This document shows, in pieces, positions 35,629 to 48,781 of a DNA stretch of 64,000 bases (its first letter is position 1; the number at the start of each line of letters is the position of its first letter). The position numbers and the translations under genes are program-made. Source of the DNA: Botryllus schlosseri (taxonomy: Eukaryota); assembly GCA_051294905.1 (NCBI GenBank), contig CM119372.1, forward strand, positions 3,226,001 to 3,290,000. The letters run 5' to 3'. The notes below the pieces were generated by a model. It was not told the DNA's origin, did not search any database, and saw only the letters and a list, made by a program, of their open reading frames with translations.

Positions 35629-37472
35629 GTAGGGTTAGCAATAGATTGCTCCATTGCTCCACGGGCCGGATGAAATCATCTGACGGGCCGTGCCTGGCCT
35701 GTCAGTCTTGTGTCTGACAGCCCTGCTATACAGTTAGGTCGGTGCGGCTGTTTATGTGTTTTAATCAGGTCCGAAACAACATTTTTTCTCCCCCCTCTTA
35801 CCGCCCTAAAAGCACTGATCTTGGGCCCACCATTCCGTAGTCGATGTAACTTATTGGGCACTTACTATATGCATTTGGCTGCAATATTTTATGTATGAAT
35901 TCTGTCAACGATATATTGATTCTTCGATATATTAGGCTACTATAAAATGCACCAGCAGGTTGCACATCCGGTGATTTCCAACCTTCTATGCTCGCGAGTC
36001 GCGACCTCATCTCCAACTTGAAAATGTTCCGTGGCAAAGCTCAAAACTTGATAAGCTGATTACTAAAAAAAATCAGCTTGCCCAAACTTACACACGGCAC
36101 AGGAAGCTGATTACGTTCAACATCATCGCGATCTCCAGATAAAGGCGGACGACCCCAAGATTTGGAGCCATTGTATGTGATTGAAGCATCCAATCGGCCT
36201 TAACCAACTCTAGGAAAATACCGTTAGCTTATAATTGCGATTACAATCAGACTTATTTCAGTAAATGATGGTTATTTATATTTATTTTGATTGCATTTTT
36301 TGGCGAGGGTGGTGCCTGAAGCCCATACTAATATCCTTATACGTTGCAAACTCGCGCGGGGCGCGATGAACGATTTTGATTAGCATGAATCTGCTTGAAA
36401 ATAATATTGTTTATGTTGATTTACGAAAAACTTTTGAGCCTGCTTCAAGCCTTCAAAATTCCGGACATTTAGGCATATTTTAGAAATTCCTCCCGGACGC
36501 AGATTTTTCAGTGAAATTCCGGACATGTCCGGGAAATTCCGGACGTATGGCAACCCTAATATAGGCCTACTCAATTAGGAAACGTTATGTAGATTGTCAC
36601 TCTTGTCACATTTTTGGCAGCCCAAAAGTACCCAGTTGAAATATTCTCTTGCCGAAAATATGCGACACGTATAGAGAAACATTTTGTCGCGTTAAGATGC
36701 AAAGTTTGAATGGCGTGCGGCCCGCGCCATTGGTATTTGATTTATTTTATAGTCAGGCACGGTTAAGCTAAGCTCATATCGGGTAATATAATGGATTAGA
36801 CACCGAAATCGCTAAAATATCTAATTGCTACGTGCTACCATTCCACTTCATTATTTTTGACCTCCAGCTCGTATTTATAACTCAGTGTATAATCCGAAAT
36901 TGGTATTTGATAAGTCTTTAATGGTAATCGGTCATAACTTTCCTATCTCGTCAAACTATGCGTAGGGATTGCAAACATACCTCGTCGCTCTTTTATATAT
37001 TTTTTATATGGTGATAAGCGAGACGCGAAATTTTTCGCTGTCACCAGGAGGGTGACTAAAATAGTTTGAGAAAAACTCGATTATAACATGCAGGTTTATG
37101 ACTGGGAATACGAAACGTCCAATTAAATATTTGCCGCTTACCTTACGGCGGTGGTTATAATCTGCTTATTTATTACATACCATATGGAATGTTTATAGAA
37201 TCACTTTGTAGCAGAGAGTCTTGAAGCAGAGAGTCTCGGAAAGACTTATGTACTTTGCTTACACATAATGGCACTTGCAAAACACCACAGTTAAATCCAT
37301 GATGAATACAGTTCAATGACTTTTCATTTTTTGTCGCCACTAGACGATCTTCGCAGGGAGTGATTTGGATTGGAATTAGTAACTTCCATTCGGGGCGGTG
37401 AAAGTCTCCCGTCACAGATCACATGTTAATCGGACTTGGACAAATTCCAGTTGTCTAATTGTGCTAATTATA

Positions 37473-38611
37473 GACAAGATAGCCTAATGGCGAAGCGTCC
37501 GCTTCTTGATCGGTAGGTCGTGGGTTCGATCCCCGGCCGGGTCAGACGAAAGACCTGATCGGTAAAACTAGTATCCATGACTTCCTCGCTTGGCGCTCAT
37601 GCATTACTGGGATAGCATGGAGGGGTGGTGCAAGACTAAGAAAGCCATACAAGGCTATATATGCAGTATGCACCTTCTTTGTCCAGCGGCATATGCACAT
37701 CATGCACTCATGGTATACATATCAGTGATGAGCGGATAGTGCTTTTCGAGAATCTAAATCCCTCCGATAACTTTAGTCTATGAGGAAATCTCCCTCCGAA
37801 TCCAAAGAGCTCAATCCCAGACTCCGAAATAATCCGAAGAATATTTTCAAGTATCGGAAACATCCATATCGGTAGAGGTAGGCCATACAATAACATTGTC
37901 GAAGAATCCCAAATGTACAGCTCCGCTGAGAGTTAGCTCTCTACTAGAATATCACTATAGTTGTATCTCTGAAACAGAACGAAATAAAAATGGATCGAAA
38001 ATTGTACTGGCAAGCATAGGAAGGAACTAGCAAGGGTAGCACACACAGAGAGCACCGTTAACTTGAAGCAGTGTAAATGAAGTTCATCTCCGTTGGGAGG
38101 TATTGCATCTAAGACCGAAGGAAGATGACAAAAAAAGATTATTAGAACAACAGTGACAAACTATAGGCAATATTAGAACAGCAATACAAATCACAGATAT
38201 TATTAGAACAGCAATGACTAATCACAGATACTATTATAACAGCAGATGGCTGATTTTTAGTCACTTTGATCCTTGGCAAACATTTTTGCATGCTACCCGT
38301 CATATTACAAGGTGTCAACTGTCTGTTTTTTTGGGTTTGTAATGAATAGTCACTTCTGGTCAGAGCTATCCAAGGATATCCGAAGCAAAGTGACAACACT
38401 CCGAAAATCTCCGAAAAAATATCTGTAGTAATCTCCGACTCCGCTCCGAATGTCACAAAATAGGCAAAAATCCGGTCCGAATGCTATCCAAGTCCCTCCG
38501 ATGATCATCACTGATGCATATGCGCAGATCGTGTGTATGTGTATCATGAGTCGGTGCATATTCCGCAGAAACATCAAGGACAAAAGTAAACTATGTCCTC
38601 TCTCTCTCTCT
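37473..38611 (+). mobile_element. tRNA-derived SINE with (CT)n tail, interrupted by a MITE
   Basis: A box TAGCCTAATGG and B box GGTTCGATCCC; an uninterrupted inverted copy lies at 58560-58908. Confidence 0.8.
37723..38513. mobile_element. hAT MITE (TCCGA-rich subtermini) inserted in the SINE
   Basis: TIRs CAGTGATGA...TCATCACTG; TSD ATACATAT/ATGCATAT; internal ~30-bp tandem repeat at 38140-38245. Confidence 0.8.
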
Positions 38612-39504
38612 ATAGAGAAATGCGAAATTATAGTGAAATCCCAAATTTTTAAAAGATTATATGTTTCATCGCATTTACTGCCGTCACATTACTAGCATTT
38701 CTGCAACAACCGTTTCCAGCGAGATGGCACTAGGGAAATCGTACAAAGGGGTCAGAGAAGCTGACGGTAGCGACTATTCAAATGACTTATCTACCTAACA
38801 TAACGCTACCGAAAACTCAAAGTTGTAACAGAGGATCACGTAAATTAGAATCGTTAGTAACATACCCGCTGTCCAGTGTTGTTCTTGAATGACTTGCGGC
38901 CTCCATTGCAGTGATTGCACGCGAGAAATGCATGCAGCTTTTTATCTCTCCCAAGCTTTTTTAGAATTTTAAAGCGGTATGAGAGTGAGAGCCGTCTCAG
39001 TAGAACATGCAGATTATCGCTGGCATTACGTATAGAGGAGACTTATAGCTTTTAAAGAGTACTTGAACTTTGTGTTATGTTCATGCATTTGTGTTGGTTT
39101 CGTTTGTATCTTATTTTTATGGGACTAGTAATTCATTACCGTCAATCATTATTTCCTATAGTGCGGCTCATGCTGCATGTACATTGTACAGTGTACACCC
39201 CGTGTTCTTCGATCTACGAGTCTTTCGTTACGGATTAATGCTGTGGTACAGCTGGTGAAATTATCAATCAATAAACCAATAATATTGCAACGAAACATTT
39301 GAGCGTACTAGCACAGGGGTCCCGCTCGATCGATGGCGAATAAAATGGCAGATGGCGACATGTAGTAGGATATGGACTTGAGTATCCTCGATCGGTATCA
39401 AAATGCTCTAAGGATATGAGTTGATGATCAATAATAGCCTTTGTGTCACAAAAATCCCAATTAGGATATGATAGCACTGATACTGATTTGGCTCCACATG
39501 AGCC

Positions 39505-39552
39505 TACACACACACACACACACAGAGCGAGAGAGAGAGAGAGAGAGAGAGA
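39505..39552 (+). repeat. Compound (AC)n(AG)n microsatellite
   Basis: Directly visible in the sequence. Confidence 0.9.
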
Positions 39553-39749
39553 ACACAAGAAGGATAACCGGCACTCCACACAGGGAGACAGAGTGTGCAA
39601 CGCCTGGGATTAGGTAAGATATAATTTCAGTCACAAATACTCTGCACATAGTAACGAAGATTATCATTCATTAATATCACGAATTACACAAAATTTCCCA
39701 TGGAAAATTCGAGAGATGGAAAGAGTTCCCACCGATATTCGACGATTCA

Positions 39750-40680
39750 GTTAGCAGATCTTGACAGCGTCTGATTATAGCATAGTCCATTTGGGATTTT
39801 TTGTAGTCTGGACTTTGAGTCAATACTCACTATTGATTGGTGTCCAACAAAATAGTACTGGCACGATAAGGAGTTACGTCTTAGCCGTTAGTGTGTAAAC
39901 TTACATAATAGTGAGTCGATGCTGCAAATCTTTTAATTATGTGAGTACTGAGCACGGCTTTGATTCATGTTACGATCACGATTTTGAGACTTCAGGAGAG
40001 GCTTGCATTGAAATTAGTCGGACTATCTCGTCCCACGCTCCTTGCGGCTGGGCTGCTCAAAATCCAACACAATCTACCTTTATCACTACTCGATTTGTCT
40101 CTCCAAGTCTATCAAATAGGCTCCCGATCGTTTCATCCTGACTTCATGCTTCGATACAACACAACAAATCATCATAAACAAGTGTGATGTTTTCAAAATC
40201 ACGCCAATCATTTGTAATTTCACAAAAGAATATGTCATCATCAGTTCACATGCCTAAATGAATTACGTTTTGATGGCAGGCATATAGTTCGACGGAATCC
40301 TTTTTGTCGTCTGGAGAAGCAGGGTGAAAAAAAATGACGGAAAGCTTCATCAATTCGCCCAAAGTATATGGATATGACAGCAGGCTTATAAACGCATCAT
40401 CAGTTCATCACGCAGCAGATCGGTTTGGTGATATTTTACTTCGGGAAGAGCTTTTCGTATAAGGCAACTAGTTTGTCCTTGACAACGACCAGTGCAGGTC
40501 TTGCGGTGGCGTATACGGCTGGTCCATATTTGTAACATGCTAACAGCGTACCAGCAGCAACAGTTTCACGCATAGAAGCGGAAATGGAAGCGTAAAAAGT
40601 ATATGGCATGACCTTCTGGAGTCTGTGAGAGTGTCTTGGAGTATTCTACAGAAATTCTGAAAGTAAAACACCACGTGAAT
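39750..40680 (-). pseudogene. Second, shorter decayed copy of the 28.4-30.8 kb gene
   Basis: MPYTFYASISASMRETVAAGTLLACYKYGPAVYATAR...stop aligns with 30600-30770; 39780-40160 aligns with 28430-28820. Confidence 0.45.
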
Positions 40681-43600
40681 TGACGTCCTAGCATTGATTA
40701 GAACTCGCAGGTTTGTAACTGGGAATATGAATATGTCCAATTCTATTTGGCGCTTACCTCTCAACAGTGGTTTTAAATTGCTTATTGGTTACGTGTCACA
40801 TGTAACGTATATAATCACTTCGTAGCACAGAGTCTCGGAAAGACAAGTATACTCACTTACACATGAAGGCACTGTGAAATGTTTCTATGCTATAATTTAA
40901 ATCTAATATCTGTTGATTATTTCTTCTGAAAATGCTGCAGGAGAACTGCATAGTACGGAACGATTCTCGTGCTTAGGAGAACGAACTCTGATTTACTATG
41001 AACTGAATTTCATTCATTGACCAAGTTTTCACGAATTCGATAATTGTAATTAATCTAGTTTGGAAGAAACTGTACTTGAAATTATATTTCGACTCTAATT
41101 AAAGAAAATTACTCCAATATACCAAATTCTGCATTCTGCAATGTTTATCCGATTCATTGCGACTTTATATACTGTTCCTTCCGCAACACTTTCCGCAACA
41201 AGGTAAAAGCACGAGGTCAATCGTGAAAAAGCGTCAAGAGAAAATTTGCCGATAATGACTACTCAAATAATTTATCTTCCTAGCATAAGAACGTTGACCG
41301 AAAACCCAACTTCGGAACGTAGCATCACCTAAATTAAAATCGTAAGTTAACGCACCTGCTGTCGACCTTTCGAGTCTGCTTCTTGAATGAAATGCGCGAC
41401 CTTTCGTTGCGCGCCAGATCACTTCTGCAGCTTTCTCTCCCCCGTAGCTTTCTTCGAATTCCAACGCGGTATAACGTACGAGAGTCTTTTCAGCGGAACA
41501 GCGCTGGCTATCTCCTACTTTACTTACAGAGGAGGCCAATAGCTTGTACTTGTACTAGGCTATACTATATGTCTGCTAAGTGCTAACCCTAAAAGACGAA
41601 AGGATGATTCCCATAATCACGCGTTTTCAAATATAGTGAACTCCGGACCGGACAGACACCATGAGGCCAAAATTCTTGGGAACGGAAGATAGTTAAAATC
41701 GCACTTGAAAAACTTGTGCTCAGATTACAAGGACACTATTATATTGAAAACGAAAAATCCAAGTCACCCTTAGTCGCGCTGAGCGTGATGAAGAATTTTA
41801 AGTCGAGTTAAAATCTCTCAAAGATTTGGAACCAATTCCAATTGCTTATTGACGGCCGTCAACACACGCTAATATGAATATGTGAAGACGGCCGTACAAT
41901 TATAATTACGATTTTACGGGTGCATGCGGCCGTATGTCCGGCGATACGCAGGTTGGCCACCCTGGCCCAACCGAAATAAGAAGAGCAAGGCTGCAACGTT
42001 TAGGAAATACTAAGTATACTAATGAGGACTCGAGGTGCCCGGACCACCATCATCTACCATAGTGGTTTTCGAACTCCACCCCCTGGCTACGCCCCTGCAA
42101 TTTTGTACACTGCGCTCTTTATAAGCATCTGGTATGAAGAACTCATTGAAAAATTCTGAGCCATCGTGGCGATTTTCACGAGGATAATTATATAGACAAA
42201 TATCGCAAGCTGAACACATGTTAATTCTACATTGTTCTACTCCTAAAGGAACCAATAGGTCCATTACCAACTGTAAATAACGAGAAGAAACATTTGCTGA
42301 CGATATCACAAAAGGAATGTCATTTACAAGCTGCTCACAGCTGATATGAACATTTTACGATATTGCACATCCGGTCAACATGTTCTGAAGCCTGAACTTG
42401 CCTATTTATTGTGATGACTAGTTATAGTTCAATTGTAATACAAATCTGGTAAACCCCAGTACACCCTATCCGAGTAGTACACTCTTCAAACATCATGGTA
42501 CACCATAAGGTGTACGAACACTCGGTTGAAGAACCCTGGACTTTAGTACAAGTCAAGTCAATACACAAATTGACTCGAGTCAAGTCGATTCATTTTACGC
42601 CAGTCACCAAAAAAAACTTGACTCGAGTCGGACCCGAGTCGAGTCATTACGATCCTGCTTCTATAAATTAAATCTTATCACCACTATACGAACAAGTCTG
42701 CGACATTGACCCCCAATTTCGAGAAGGCAATAAAGTGCACACTCAGGTCCGAGTTTATGGAAATATGGAACATGAAAACGCCAATGCGGAACCGTTTATG
42801 CAGTTTACATGGAGAATGTATTAGATACACAAATTAATATTCAAATATCTCTGGTGGAAATACTGTGTCGCTTCCAATTCAAACGGGACCCGAACTCCAG
42901 AGAAACCCGAACCGCGACTTAATAATAAAAAAAAACCAAATTCCAACTTGCGCTTCTACAGGTAAATCTCTTGCATTCTTCACATTGCATACGCCTATCG
43001 CCATATTATGACTAAAGTGAAAGAAGCAAAAAATATATTGTCGCTGGGCGCGACTGTTTTAGAGGTCCTTAATTGTATTCAGCCGGCCAATCATCTTGAT
43101 TTTACCAATTCATTGTTCGCGAATAAAGGTGTTGCCATTTGCTATGATAAAACCCATGATCCGCGATACTATGTAATATACTTATCTATGCTTTCAAATT
43201 AAGTATGAAAGTGAAAAGCAATGGCATGAGGTAACATTTTGGAATCCTGTCTACAGTGTTTAGTCCTGCCCGTGAGCGATTTGAAGGTTTGACATCCTTG
43301 CTGTACAGTACAGTGCATGTACAGATATGAACAGGCTGGCTTAAACAACAGGCTCAATGCATTTCCGGTTCAGTTTAGACATCCTGTCGTATTTGTTCAC
43401 ACATTAGTGTTCAAACATAGGTTTTATGTTCTAAATTCTAGACTACTTTCGCGGGCCAGTCAGAATCGCGTCGCGCTGCGCCCAGTTATGGCGTAAAGTG
43501 TACGCAATTGCAAATGCAATGCATTTCCAGACTTCATTTGACGTATGAATGGATCCATGGGAACCGAGTAGCGCTGTGCGTTAAGCGCGCCCCTGAGCTG

Positions 43601-44322
43601 CGACAAGAACGGAAGCATCTGTGATCACCAGTCTGGGCAATCATAAAGTCAGCCTCTCCGGGAGAATGCTGATCATCTGAATAAAAACCATTAATCGTGC
43701 CAACCTACTGCGCTGTCTAGTTTCACCAGACGATTCGAGATAATCCTCGCGTGATATCGCGTGACTTTACCCAGATGATTATTCTCATCATTATCATTTT
43801 ACCGGATAAGCTAGCTTTGTGATCTGAGGTTTATCTGGGCTCCTCATCGCCGACCCACTGCGTAAGCGGTGTATAAAAAATATCCCAGACGGATCAAGTG
43901 CGCCGAGCCTCAAAATCGGCAGCAAAACACAACGGACAAGGAGGTATGGAAGCGGGAGTGACAGATGGTGAATGAATGAGTGGCTGGAAGTCGTCTAAAA
44001 TCGTACGCAGGGAGACTTGTTTGTTTGTTTTATTGAACGATGTTGGCGCTCATCGCCCATTGAGGTCATTTGCGCCATGATAATGAATGTTGTAATGTTC
44101 ATAGGTCTTATTTCATTGTCTTTTCGTATGCTTCTGGGGCGACTTCCAAACTTCCATTCAGCATCTGTCTATCTCGCTTCCATACGTCCATGACTGTGCC
44201 TTTTGTCTCTATAGAGATGTAGGGAGAGCCTTGTTTTTTAGATCCGAATGCTAGGTTAATTGCGCTTATTCTTACAAAGTAATAGGAAAACATGTTACAG
44301 TGATGCGAAACCCGGAAAACTG

Positions 44323-46321
44323 TAGGGGGATTTTTAAAAAAGTCAGAATTTTGTTAAAATTGTTTGCAGAGTCAAAATATTTTTGCAACGTGCATTTCCT
44401 TTGTATCGTAAATGATGGTAAGGTCGGTGAACTTATCATTTGACATTTTACATCTTGTAGCCTACCTTATAGGCAGGGTTGCCATCGACATGGATCCAAA
44501 AATAAGGACGGTCGAAAAATTAGGTTAGGATTAAAAAGCATTTTTGTGAAGACTTAGTATTTATACAAGCCGTGGCATAGCACATTCCATACTTTTCGCG
44601 AGAAACAATCTGCTCCAGTAACTCCATATTATTAGAAAGTGCTTCATGGATCTCACAACAGTCCAGGTCTAGCTTCACCTTTACTCCGGGCCAAAACAGT
44701 GCTTCGTCAGCCCCCGCTCACACACACACACAAAAAATGAAACCAGTAACAATGCTTGTCGCCTTGGTCCTGGCCGAAGCAAACTTCTTTGCGATGTTGG
44801 AATCGGGGAATATTGCTTTGAATAATTGCGATGTGCAATCCTTGGTGAGGAATGATTGCCGTTGTTTGACAGTATGGAATGCCCAGGTACCCTCAGCAGC
44901 AGATGCCTTGTAGTCTGTGGTCGTTGGTTCTGATCGACTTGTGAAAAAATTATTCATCGACTGGCCTGAATTAATCATTATGACACACTTCTTGTGCTTT
45001 TTGGTATCAATGTGAGTTGAAATAGCGATCTTTTCTATGGCCTTCAGGTTCATGTCACAATTGCAGATATTGCAATGTGCGAAACACTCGCCCTTCAAGC
45101 TGCGTTTGATACCTTTCAATTCTCTCTCTGCGTTTGATACCTTTCAATTCTCTCTCATAATCGTCACGAAAAACATTTTTACGCTTGCTCATTTTAACTA
45201 ATCAGATTTTGCCTTATGAATAGCTAAAACTATATGTGCAATATAATTTAGATTAATATATCAATGATCTATAGCTTTACTACTTATTAACGCAAGTGTC
45301 GATAGCACTGCGCAAGAAATGCTGCCTTCTCCACAGCTTATTCTGCTGTAGACTAAACATCAGAAACCTGGTACTGCCAAAATGATAGCGATAGCTTGGT
45401 ACAGCCGAAACTGCTGCACCACTCACTGCCTTAGCTAGCTAGTCAAATATACTGTGGGGTGTACACCACGGGAGATCGTTTCAACATGATGTCATAAAAT
45501 CTCGACGCAAAAGCATAATTTTAAATATGCAACACAGATACCAGGAGAAAACGATCGAAGTTCTGTAGTTGTTGAAAATAAGACAAAATAAGGACACAAG
45601 TCGAAAACAAAGACATTTCTTAGAAATAAGGATAGTTGAGTTTTCTAAGACCCTTCAAAATAAGGACAAATCTTTGAAATAAGGACGGTATGGCAAACCT
45701 GCTGTAGACGGCCCATTGTCTGCTGATTGTTAATCAGAAACGGTCAAAGTAAACAAAAAGGTTGACATTGTGTTGTGCTCATCGTACCGCAATATCCTAA
45801 CTGCAGCGTGCGGGTATTGGTTCTTATATCAAGAAGCGCATGCATGATGGACAATTGAGACGTAGACAAAGTTGTCAGAATGGAGCAACACGGCGTGTCA
45901 TCAGTAGTGTACGCACAACTTTGGTGTTGCTAGCCAACAACTGCTGCTATTGAAGGTTATTTTTCCATTCTTGGCAAGGACAGACACTTTCTACCCGAGA
46001 ATGTAGGAAAGTATCTTTCGTTGTACTACAACAAATTTCAATTATTTCTACCATGAGGCGTGATGTAACTACTCGAATTCTTCATAGGTCCAGATGTCGT
46101 TAAAGTAAAGTTTTGTTCATCTAGAAAAATTTAAGTCAAAATTTATTTTTAGGCCAAACTATTAAATAAAGACTGACAGTTCCAACCAGAAAATAATAAG
46201 TAGTACTATCCCAACATTACGTGCGAAAACACCTAATTTACATATGTGAGGTCGAAATATGGTCAAAATTAAGTTTTTTAAGGTCAAAATCTTCCTTTTT
46301 TTAGGTCCAAAAATAGCCTTA
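44323..46321 (+). mobile_element. Longer member of the TAGGGCGATTT hAT family with transposase C-terminal remnant
   Basis: Ends match the 27705 and 29499 MITEs. Remnant PTTAAIEGYFSILGKDRHFLPENVGKYLSLYYNK at ~45935-46035. Confidence 0.7.
44474..45701 (-). mobile_element. Nested hAT deletion derivative with N-terminal zinc-finger transposase remnant
   Basis: TIRs CAGGGTTGCCAT...ATGGCAAACCTG, AATAAGGAC repeats, and ORF with CxxC...H....KH and AAEG..AFHTVK motifs at 44718-45192. Confidence 0.8.
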
Positions 46322-47172
46322 CCCATCAGTCTTCATTAGGACTTACATGTTATAATTGCAACAAGACAACGTTATGGGATGAATAAGTATATAAGTTAGA
46401 TCGACTCAAGAATACCTACTTCAATGTTGCAGGCTCCCCGTCGCCATCTTATCTGCGTTTTATAATAACCCTAAAACCGAAATGGGATGTGATATATGAT
46501 GGCGGTTAAAAGGAATCGTAGGATAAGCATTTCGGCCCTGTTTAAGTAGACTGCCGGTGACCGGTGACCACTCATGTCGAAACACATTTTATGTCGTGGA
46601 TTCTACCCTTCAAAATATTGTTTCTACTGTGTGACAGTATTTCCATACTGTTAGTATTTTGCATCTTATTACTATGTGTCTTTACAGAAGAAACTTTTAT
46701 GCCATAATGTAGATATGTAAATTGGAATCCTAATTGGTCGTCACCTACTTTAATAGTCACCTAGTTTGCTGCAGCAAAGACAAAGGTTCGGTTTGTATAT
46801 ATACGAAATCTGTGACTTCCATTCATTCTAAGGAAATCCGATTTCCGGAATTAGGCTCATTATATTTACTTGACCTATCACTGGTCAACAAAATGAAAAT
46901 TTTTCATTGAAAGCTTCATTCAAAAGCTCCTTCAAAAAGGTTCGCGTTCACACGAACCTGAAACTTTCAGAGGTTCATACCATCCTTGAGTCAACCAGAA
47001 CTGTCCCTAACGCACAGTAACCAAAGAACGAAGCTAGCGATTATATATATGCAAAGAAAAACGCCTATTGAGAATGATGATTAGCTCAAATCGTGCAATA
47101 GTTAAATTGGAGCTCACAAATGAGAAAATGCTGTTTAATCACTAAGTTCGGTGAAATATTAGATCGACACCC

Positions 47173-48099
47173 CAGTGTTGGGATCAAGTCACTACCTTCG
47201 AGTCACGAGTCATTTCGAGTCATTGCACATATTGACTCGAGTCAAGTCAAGTCATTCGATTTTCGAAGGTGACTCGAGGCAAGTCAAGTCACTCGATTTT
47301 TGCAGGTGACTCGAGTCAAGTCGAGTCAAGTTAAGTCAAGTCACGAGTCAAGTCACAATTCAAGTCTAGTTGCCGTTTCAAAGTATGCGGCATGATTACG
47401 TCATTGCATTTTGCTAGATGTCTAAAATACAGATTGAATGGTCATTAATTCTGAACCGATGAACAAATAAAGAGTTAAATATACACGCAAGAAGGCGCTG
47501 TATCGTTCACATATACGTAGAACTATTAACTACGTAAGTAATTGCATAGCCTCAATTTATAGTTACCAGCCAAAATAGAGAAACGCATTGATACGATGCA
47601 ATACATTACCCATTTACATATTGATATGATACAATTCGAGCCTGCGCCAATGGTTGGGGAGTATATAAACTATATTCGAATTCAATTTCAATATAAGAAA
47701 AGGTTTGGTTAAGGTAAGAATAGAGAACAGAAATGGATATTTTGCTATTAAATTGCTTTACTACGAAACAAGTTTACGACAACGTAAGCTTCGATCACTT
47801 CGTTTCTGGTCACTTTTTTTTTGTGAGAGAACAATGGAGGCTTAGTAAAACACACGATCATTGAATGATTGGTCGCTCTCAAGGGTTACACCGGCGTTTA
47901 GCGAACAATCGGAACATATGAAAGATACAGGTATTTTTATCGACACCGATTATTTGATGACTTGAAATTGACTCGTGAATTTTGCTCCGAGTCACGAGTC
48001 AATCCACATTTTTGATACGCCGAGTCAAGTCAAGTCATACGAAAAAGGTGACTCGAGTATGACTCGAGTCAAGTCATGACTCGAGTCATCCCAACACTG
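47173..48099. mobile_element. hAT MITE (GACTCGAGTC/CAAGT repeats)
   Basis: TIRs CAGTGTTGGGAT...ATCCCAACACTG; TSD CGACACCC/CGACACAC. Confidence 0.88.
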
Positions 48100-48781
48100 C
48101 GACACACCGAGAACGAGATTTCTGAATTGTGAGGTATAGGTCATTTTTTCACATGAATACACTCTGTTCTTGCTGAGAGTGTACATAATGAAGTATATAG
48201 AACGAAGCATAAAGTATGGTGACCTTGAACGAGACACAATTTTGCATGATATGGAAAACTTGGCAAAGTCATGTGATCCACCTGTCTTTCGACGATTCAT
48301 GAGATCGGCCAAAGCTCCCGCCTGCTCACAAAATGCATCTATAGTTCTTGCCGTACCAGTTGCAGGTGTCGCCAACGCGCTCAATCCCGATTTAAGCATT
48401 GGAGTTACCCAGTAATTACTCTTATGATATCCAACCCACTAAGGCCATATCCAGGGTCTGCAAATATATTTTCGTCTGTTCTGCTGTAACGACTTATTCT
48501 CGCCTGTCGGCGTTTTAAGATGGAACCATCCCGCGTATTCTAGTAGTCTCTGAGACTATAATTAGAACGAAAGGTCGATAATAATCTATCACCATCATTT
48601 GTATCTTAATGTGACATATATTTATAAGACTCATCGCCGGGCTGTGATATTTTTGGCATGTGCCAAAAATACCAAAAAATAGCTTATTTTTGGCATTTTT
48701 CAGATTTTATTTTTGGTAGTTTTGGCATCGCCAGGATTTCATATTTGTGTACTCGAATTAACGATGTAAAACATTGTATAG

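Larger units (their letters stand above)
31796..36558. mobile_element. hAT MITE interrupted by the LTR element
   Basis: TIRs TAGGGTTGCCATA...TATGGCAACCCTA; perfect TSD ATATAGGC; CCGGAC subterminal repeats. Confidence 0.88.
30852..37078 (+). mobile_element. Outer hAT MITE of a nested stack
   Basis: Ends CAGCGGTTATCAAACT ... AGTTTGAGAAAAACTC; TSD GATTAGAA/GATTATAA; pieces match 5963-6480; the paralog has the empty site at ~40697. Confidence 0.7.

Noticed and set aside
37473..37545. tRNA-like sequence with A and B boxes
   Set aside because: No complete cloverleaf; it continues into a repeated body and tail, so it is a SINE head.
41234..41539. 101-aa minus-strand ORF with coding-like composition
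   Set aside because: No recognisable motif and no convincing splice partners.
48170..48415. 81-aa ORF next to a MITE
   Set aside because: No family recognised, non-ATG start, and no linked exons identified.
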